Positions 43,846-46,705 of a stretch of DNA of 46,705 nucleotides are shown piece after piece. Every line of letters starts with the position of its first letter. The stretch's first letter is position 1. This DNA comes from a virus (taxonomy: Duplodnaviria > Caudoviricetes), in the IMG/VR virus record IMGVR_UViG_3300017646_000183, positions 1-46,705 of that record. The stretch is one strand, 5' to 3'. The position numbers were made by a program, and so were the translations under genes. The notes beneath the pieces are model-generated. The model had not been told where the DNA came from, searched no databases, and saw only the letters and a list, made by a program, of their open reading frames with translations.

Positions 43846-43922
43846 GACCACAACTGTACGACTGCAAGTTGGATTGCACAATAGGTATTGCATGGATGCA
43901 AGCCGCGGGGTAGCCTCGACTC
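43840..43922. promoter_or_regulatory. Divergent lysis/lysogeny switch: two leaderless sigma-A promoters plus operators
   Basis: Minus strand: TTGTGC-N17-TACAGT, 7 nt before the cro ATG. Plus strand: TTGCAT-N17-TAGCCT, 6 nt before the cI GTG. Inverted repeat TTGCAT-GG-ATGCAA at 43888-43901. Confidence 0.8.
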
Positions 43923-44396
43923 GTGAACCTCACTTCATGGAGCGAGTACTTGGCTGGCATTCGCGGCTCAGACCTCGACAAGCGGGTAGCGGAGCGAGCT
44001 GGCGTCTCAGCCTCCTCCGTGAGTCGCTGGGCGGACGGCACCCAGTTCCCTTCCCCAGTTCAAGTGATCACGCTCGCGCGGTCATACGGCGAGAGCCCCG
44101 TGTACGCGCTATTCGCGGCCGGCTACTTGACCCAGGAGGAGATCAATCGCGAGGCGGGGGCTCCTGCCGCAATGCAGGTCCGCGACTTCGACGATCTGAC
44201 GATCGCTCGCGAGATCGTGCGCAGGATCGAGGAGGGCGAATCGCCCACGCTCGAACGGCCCGTCGACGATGTCGTCCGTTCGATCGATGATGCACGTGTA
44301 CGCAAAGGTGACGAGGGCAGCGTTGCTCACGCCGCCGACACCGAGAAGATCCAACTCCGGGGGGAGTTCGATGAAGAGCTTGGAGACGAAGTATGA
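43923..44396 (+). CDS. Immunity repressor (CI-like, XRE HTH)
   Basis: VAERAGVSASSVSRWADG...ALFAAGYL. Confidence 0.9.
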   Translation: MNLTSWSEYLAGIRGSDLDKRVAERAGVSASSVSRWADGTQFPSPVQVITLARSYGESPVYALFAAGYLTQEEINREAGAPAAMQVRDFDDLTIAREIVRRIEEGESPTLERPVDDVVRSIDDARVRKGDEGSVAHAADTEKIQLRGEFDEELGDEV

Positions 44397-44748
44397 CCCG
44401 TTCGCGCATGCCGAGCGACTCGGCATCAGGGTCGAGTACCAGTCACTGCGAAGCGCCCGCGGGCTGTGGCTTCCGGACTACCGCACGATCATCTTGAAGG
44501 CCGGGATGCGCCGACTCGATGAGCGATCAACGCTCACCCACGAGCTCGGGCACGTGTGCCTCGGCCACCGCGACGACCGCCCGAAGTTCGAGATTGCGGC
44601 AGACCGGTGGGCGGTCCGCAAGCTCATCCCGCGACCGAATCTCGAGCGAGCGTCGCTCTTCTCCGATGATCCCGCGCAGTGGTGTCACGAGCTCGGCGTA
44701 TCCGCCGACCTCCTCACCCGTGCACTCACCGACTACAAGGCTTCCTAA
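44371..44748 (+). CDS. ImmA/IrrE-family metallopeptidase
   Basis: ERSTLTHELGH...EIAADRWA; overlaps the repressor end. Confidence 0.92.
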   Translation: MKSLETKYDPFAHAERLGIRVEYQSLRSARGLWLPDYRTIILKAGMRRLDERSTLTHELGHVCLGHRDDRPKFEIAADRWAVRKLIPRPNLERASLFSDDPAQWCHELGVSADLLTRALTDYKAS

Positions 44749-44766
44749 CCGAAGGGGGAACAACTC

Positions 44767-45246
44767 ATGTCCGAACCGCAGAACACAGCCCCGCCGGTGA
44801 TCGAGCAACCGGCCCCGCCGGCGCCACCGTCGAGCCGGCGATCCTCGCAGGCTTGGGTGCCCTGGACGGCGGGCGGCATAGTCGGGCTGGTCCTCGGCGT
44901 GGGAGCCACTCTCGGCATCACCGCGCTCGTCAGCACCGGACAGCAAGACGGCCGGCTCGCAGCGGCGTTCGAAGAATGCGGGGGTGCGCACGACGGCGTT
45001 GAACTCGGCGACGGAGGGCGAACGATCGTCTTCGACATGAAGGGCGATGAAGACACCACCGGCGCGGAATACCTGCGATACGAGTGCCTCGCGCACGCAC
45101 TGGACATGCCGTCGAGCGTCAACAGCCACGTCGGCCAGACGACGTCGCTCGACGGGCGCCAGACCGAATCGTGGGACGGGATCAGCTTCTCCTGGTCGTA
45201 CCACCCGGACCGGGGCCTCGACGGCGTCTTCGAACTCGCGCGCTAA
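44767..45246 (+). CDS. Membrane-anchored lysogeny-cassette protein
   Basis: Pro-rich N-terminus, TM helix GIVGLVLGVGATLGITALV, extracytoplasmic domain with a Cys pair and WSYHPDRGL. Confidence 0.8.
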   Translation: MSEPQNTAPPVIEQPAPPAPPSSRRSSQAWVPWTAGGIVGLVLGVGATLGITALVSTGQQDGRLAAAFEECGGAHDGVELGDGGRTIVFDMKGDEDTTGAEYLRYECLAHALDMPSSVNSHVGQTTSLDGRQTESWDGISFSWSYHPDRGLDGVFELAR

Positions 45247-45259
45247 TACCGTGAATCGC

Positions 45260-46705
45260 ATGCAGACCCGACCGCTCGCGGAGATACCGCGGCGAAGACG
45301 AGCGATCGCAATCGTCCGCGTCTCAATGGAGCGCGACGGCATGATCTCGCCGGAGAATCAGCGATACGCGATCGAGCAGTTCGCGGCACGCGAGAACATC
45401 ACGATCATCGACTGGGTCGAAGGGATCGACCAGTCCGGATCCCGCAAGCGGTCGGAATGGTGGACTCGTCTCGACTCGATCATCGAGCGAGTCGAGGCGG
45501 GGGAGGCCGACGCGATCGTCGGATGGAAGTTCTCCCGCACCGCACGCAACCGCGTCAAGTGGGCAGTCGCCCTCGACCGCGTCGAATCGGCAGGCGGACA
45601 GATACTTTCCGCGACCGAAGTCAACGACCCGAGCCCGCCAGGCCGGCTCGCCCGGGGAATGCTCGCCGAGTTCGCTGCATTCGAGGCGGAGAACATCGGC
45701 GCGACTTGGAAAGAGACGTTGGAACGCCGCGTCCGCCACGGCCTCGTCTACAACCACAAAGCACGATTCGGATACACGCGCGAGACCGACCACCCGTCGG
45801 GATACGCCCCCGACCCCGTCACCGGAGCAATCCTCTACGAGCTCTACCGTCGGTACACGGCAGGGGAGTCCGCCAGATCCCTAGCTGCCGACCTCACCGC
45901 CAGACGGATCCCGACGACTCGCCGAGTCGCGCCCGGCAACCCCATCGAGCCGTACTACGTCACCAACAACCTCGACAGCGGGTTCGGCGCTGGCCTGATC
46001 AAGTTCCGCGGCGAGTACCTCCCGGGGGCTCACGAACCCATCATCAGCCCGAACGAATGGGACGCTTACGTCGCCGCCCGCGCGCCCCGCCGCAGAGCAC
46101 CACGCGCCGAGAGCACCCGAGGTCTCCTCAGCGGCAGCTCAATCCTGTACTGCTGGTGCGGCTCCCCGATGTACAGCAACTCCGCTGCGAGCCACGGCCG
46201 CCTGAACCGGATCTACAAGTGCCACGCCGTCGTTAAGACCCGCGCCCACGCCGGAGGAAACATCAGCGGCAAGGTCCTCGAAGAACACGTCGTTGCCTGG
46301 CTGCATTCGAAGCGGGACAAACTCGAAGCCGCGGCCAAACGGATCCCCAAGCGACCGGTACCGGTCGTTGACCGGGCGCGCGCACTTCAGGCAAGGATCG
46401 ACGAGCTTACGGAGCAGCTCGACGTCGCCGGCATGCGCCTCATCAAGGAGACGATTCCGCATGCCTCCTACGAGCGCCTCCGCGACCGGCTCACCACTGA
46501 AGTCGCGGCACTGGAGCTCGAGCGGCAACGCGTGGAGAGTCGCCCAGCCGACCCCGTGCCGATGCTCATTGGGATACTCGATGGCTGGGAGCGATTCGAC
46601 ATTGGGAAACGCCGTGCAGCACTAAAGCACTTCATCGACCGGATCACGATCAACCCGGTCGATAGCGAGGAGCGAATCGAGATTGAGTCGCATCTGAACG
46701 ACTAG
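45260..46705 (+). CDS. Large serine integrase
   Basis: VRVS catalytic motif, SGS, SRTARN, FGY recombinase domain, CWCG...YKC Zn ribbon, coiled coil. Confidence 0.95.
   Translation: MQTRPLAEIPRRRRAIAIVRVSMERDGMISPENQRYAIEQFAARENITIIDWVEGIDQSGSRKRSEWWTRLDSIIERVEAGEADAIVGWKFSRTARNRVKWAVALDRVESAGGQILSATEVNDPSPPGRLARGMLAEFAAFEAENIGATWKETLERRVRHGLVYNHKARFGYTRETDHPSGYAPDPVTGAILYELYRRYTAGESARSLAADLTARRIPTTRRVAPGNPIEPYYVTNNLDSGFGAGLIKFRGEYLPGAHEPIISPNEWDAYVAARAPRRRAPRAESTRGLLSGSSILYCWCGSPMYSNSAASHGRLNRIYKCHAVVKTRAHAGGNISGKVLEEHVVAWLHSKRDKLEAAAKRIPKRPVPVVDRARALQARIDELTEQLDVAGMRLIKETIPHASYERLRDRLTTEVAALELERQRVESRPADPVPMLIGILDGWERFDIGKRRAALKHFIDRITINPVDSEERIEIESHLND

Larger units (their letters stand above)
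1..46705. mobile_element. Temperate siphovirus prophage (partial: tail tip and lysis genes lie beyond the left edge; att sites not visible)
   Basis: Contiguous tail, head, packaging, replication, recombination, immunity and integrase modules in canonical order. Confidence 0.97.

Noticed and set aside
46600-46705. attL/attR next to the integrase
   Set aside because: The window ends at the stop codon, so there is no flanking sequence to evaluate
1-46705. Diversity-generating retroelement, retron, intron or intein
   Set aside because: No reverse transcriptase motif, no template/variable repeat pair seen, and terminase, helicase and portal have normal lengths
1-46705. Lysis cassette
   Set aside because: No endolysin motif found; the small TM peptides lie in the early region, so lysis genes are probably beyond the left edge

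Overview
The whole window is one temperate siphovirus (prophage) of a high-GC actinobacterial host. The host may be Microbacteriaceae, which is an inference from WhiB, NrdH, leaderless promoters and gene style. The window is cut inside the tape-measure gene on the left and ends exactly at the integrase stop codon on the right. Almost all genes lie on the minus strand. Reading from right to left: (1) a plus-strand lysogeny cassette (XRE repressor, ImmA/IrrE peptidase, membrane protein, large serine integrase; 43923-46705); (2) a divergent leaderless cro/cI switch; (3) a long early operon with an SMC-like AAA ATPase, a macrodomain-like gene followed by two putative ART-like genes, YqaJ/RecT, RuvC, a C5 DNA MTase, ASCH, an SNF2-MTase fusion, WhiB, a replication initiator with internal repeats, a helicase, NrdH, SSB and many small genes; (4) a highly structured non-coding region carrying an initiator tRNA-Met with non-canonical bases; (5) a DEDD exonuclease; (6) the late module (terminases, portal, scaffold, major capsid, a Stealth-family phosphotransferase, minor capsid, head-tail genes, major tail with Ig-like domain, frameshifted tail chaperones, tape measure). 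The best candidates for undescribed biology are the Stealth enzyme fused to a small head-region domain, the putative ADP-ribose writer/eraser cluster with a 37-aa peptide, and the variant tRNA-fMet inside a structured RNA leader. All family calls come from recognising motifs by eye; no searches were run. Many starts were trimmed from the ORF track using RBS and stop/start overlaps.
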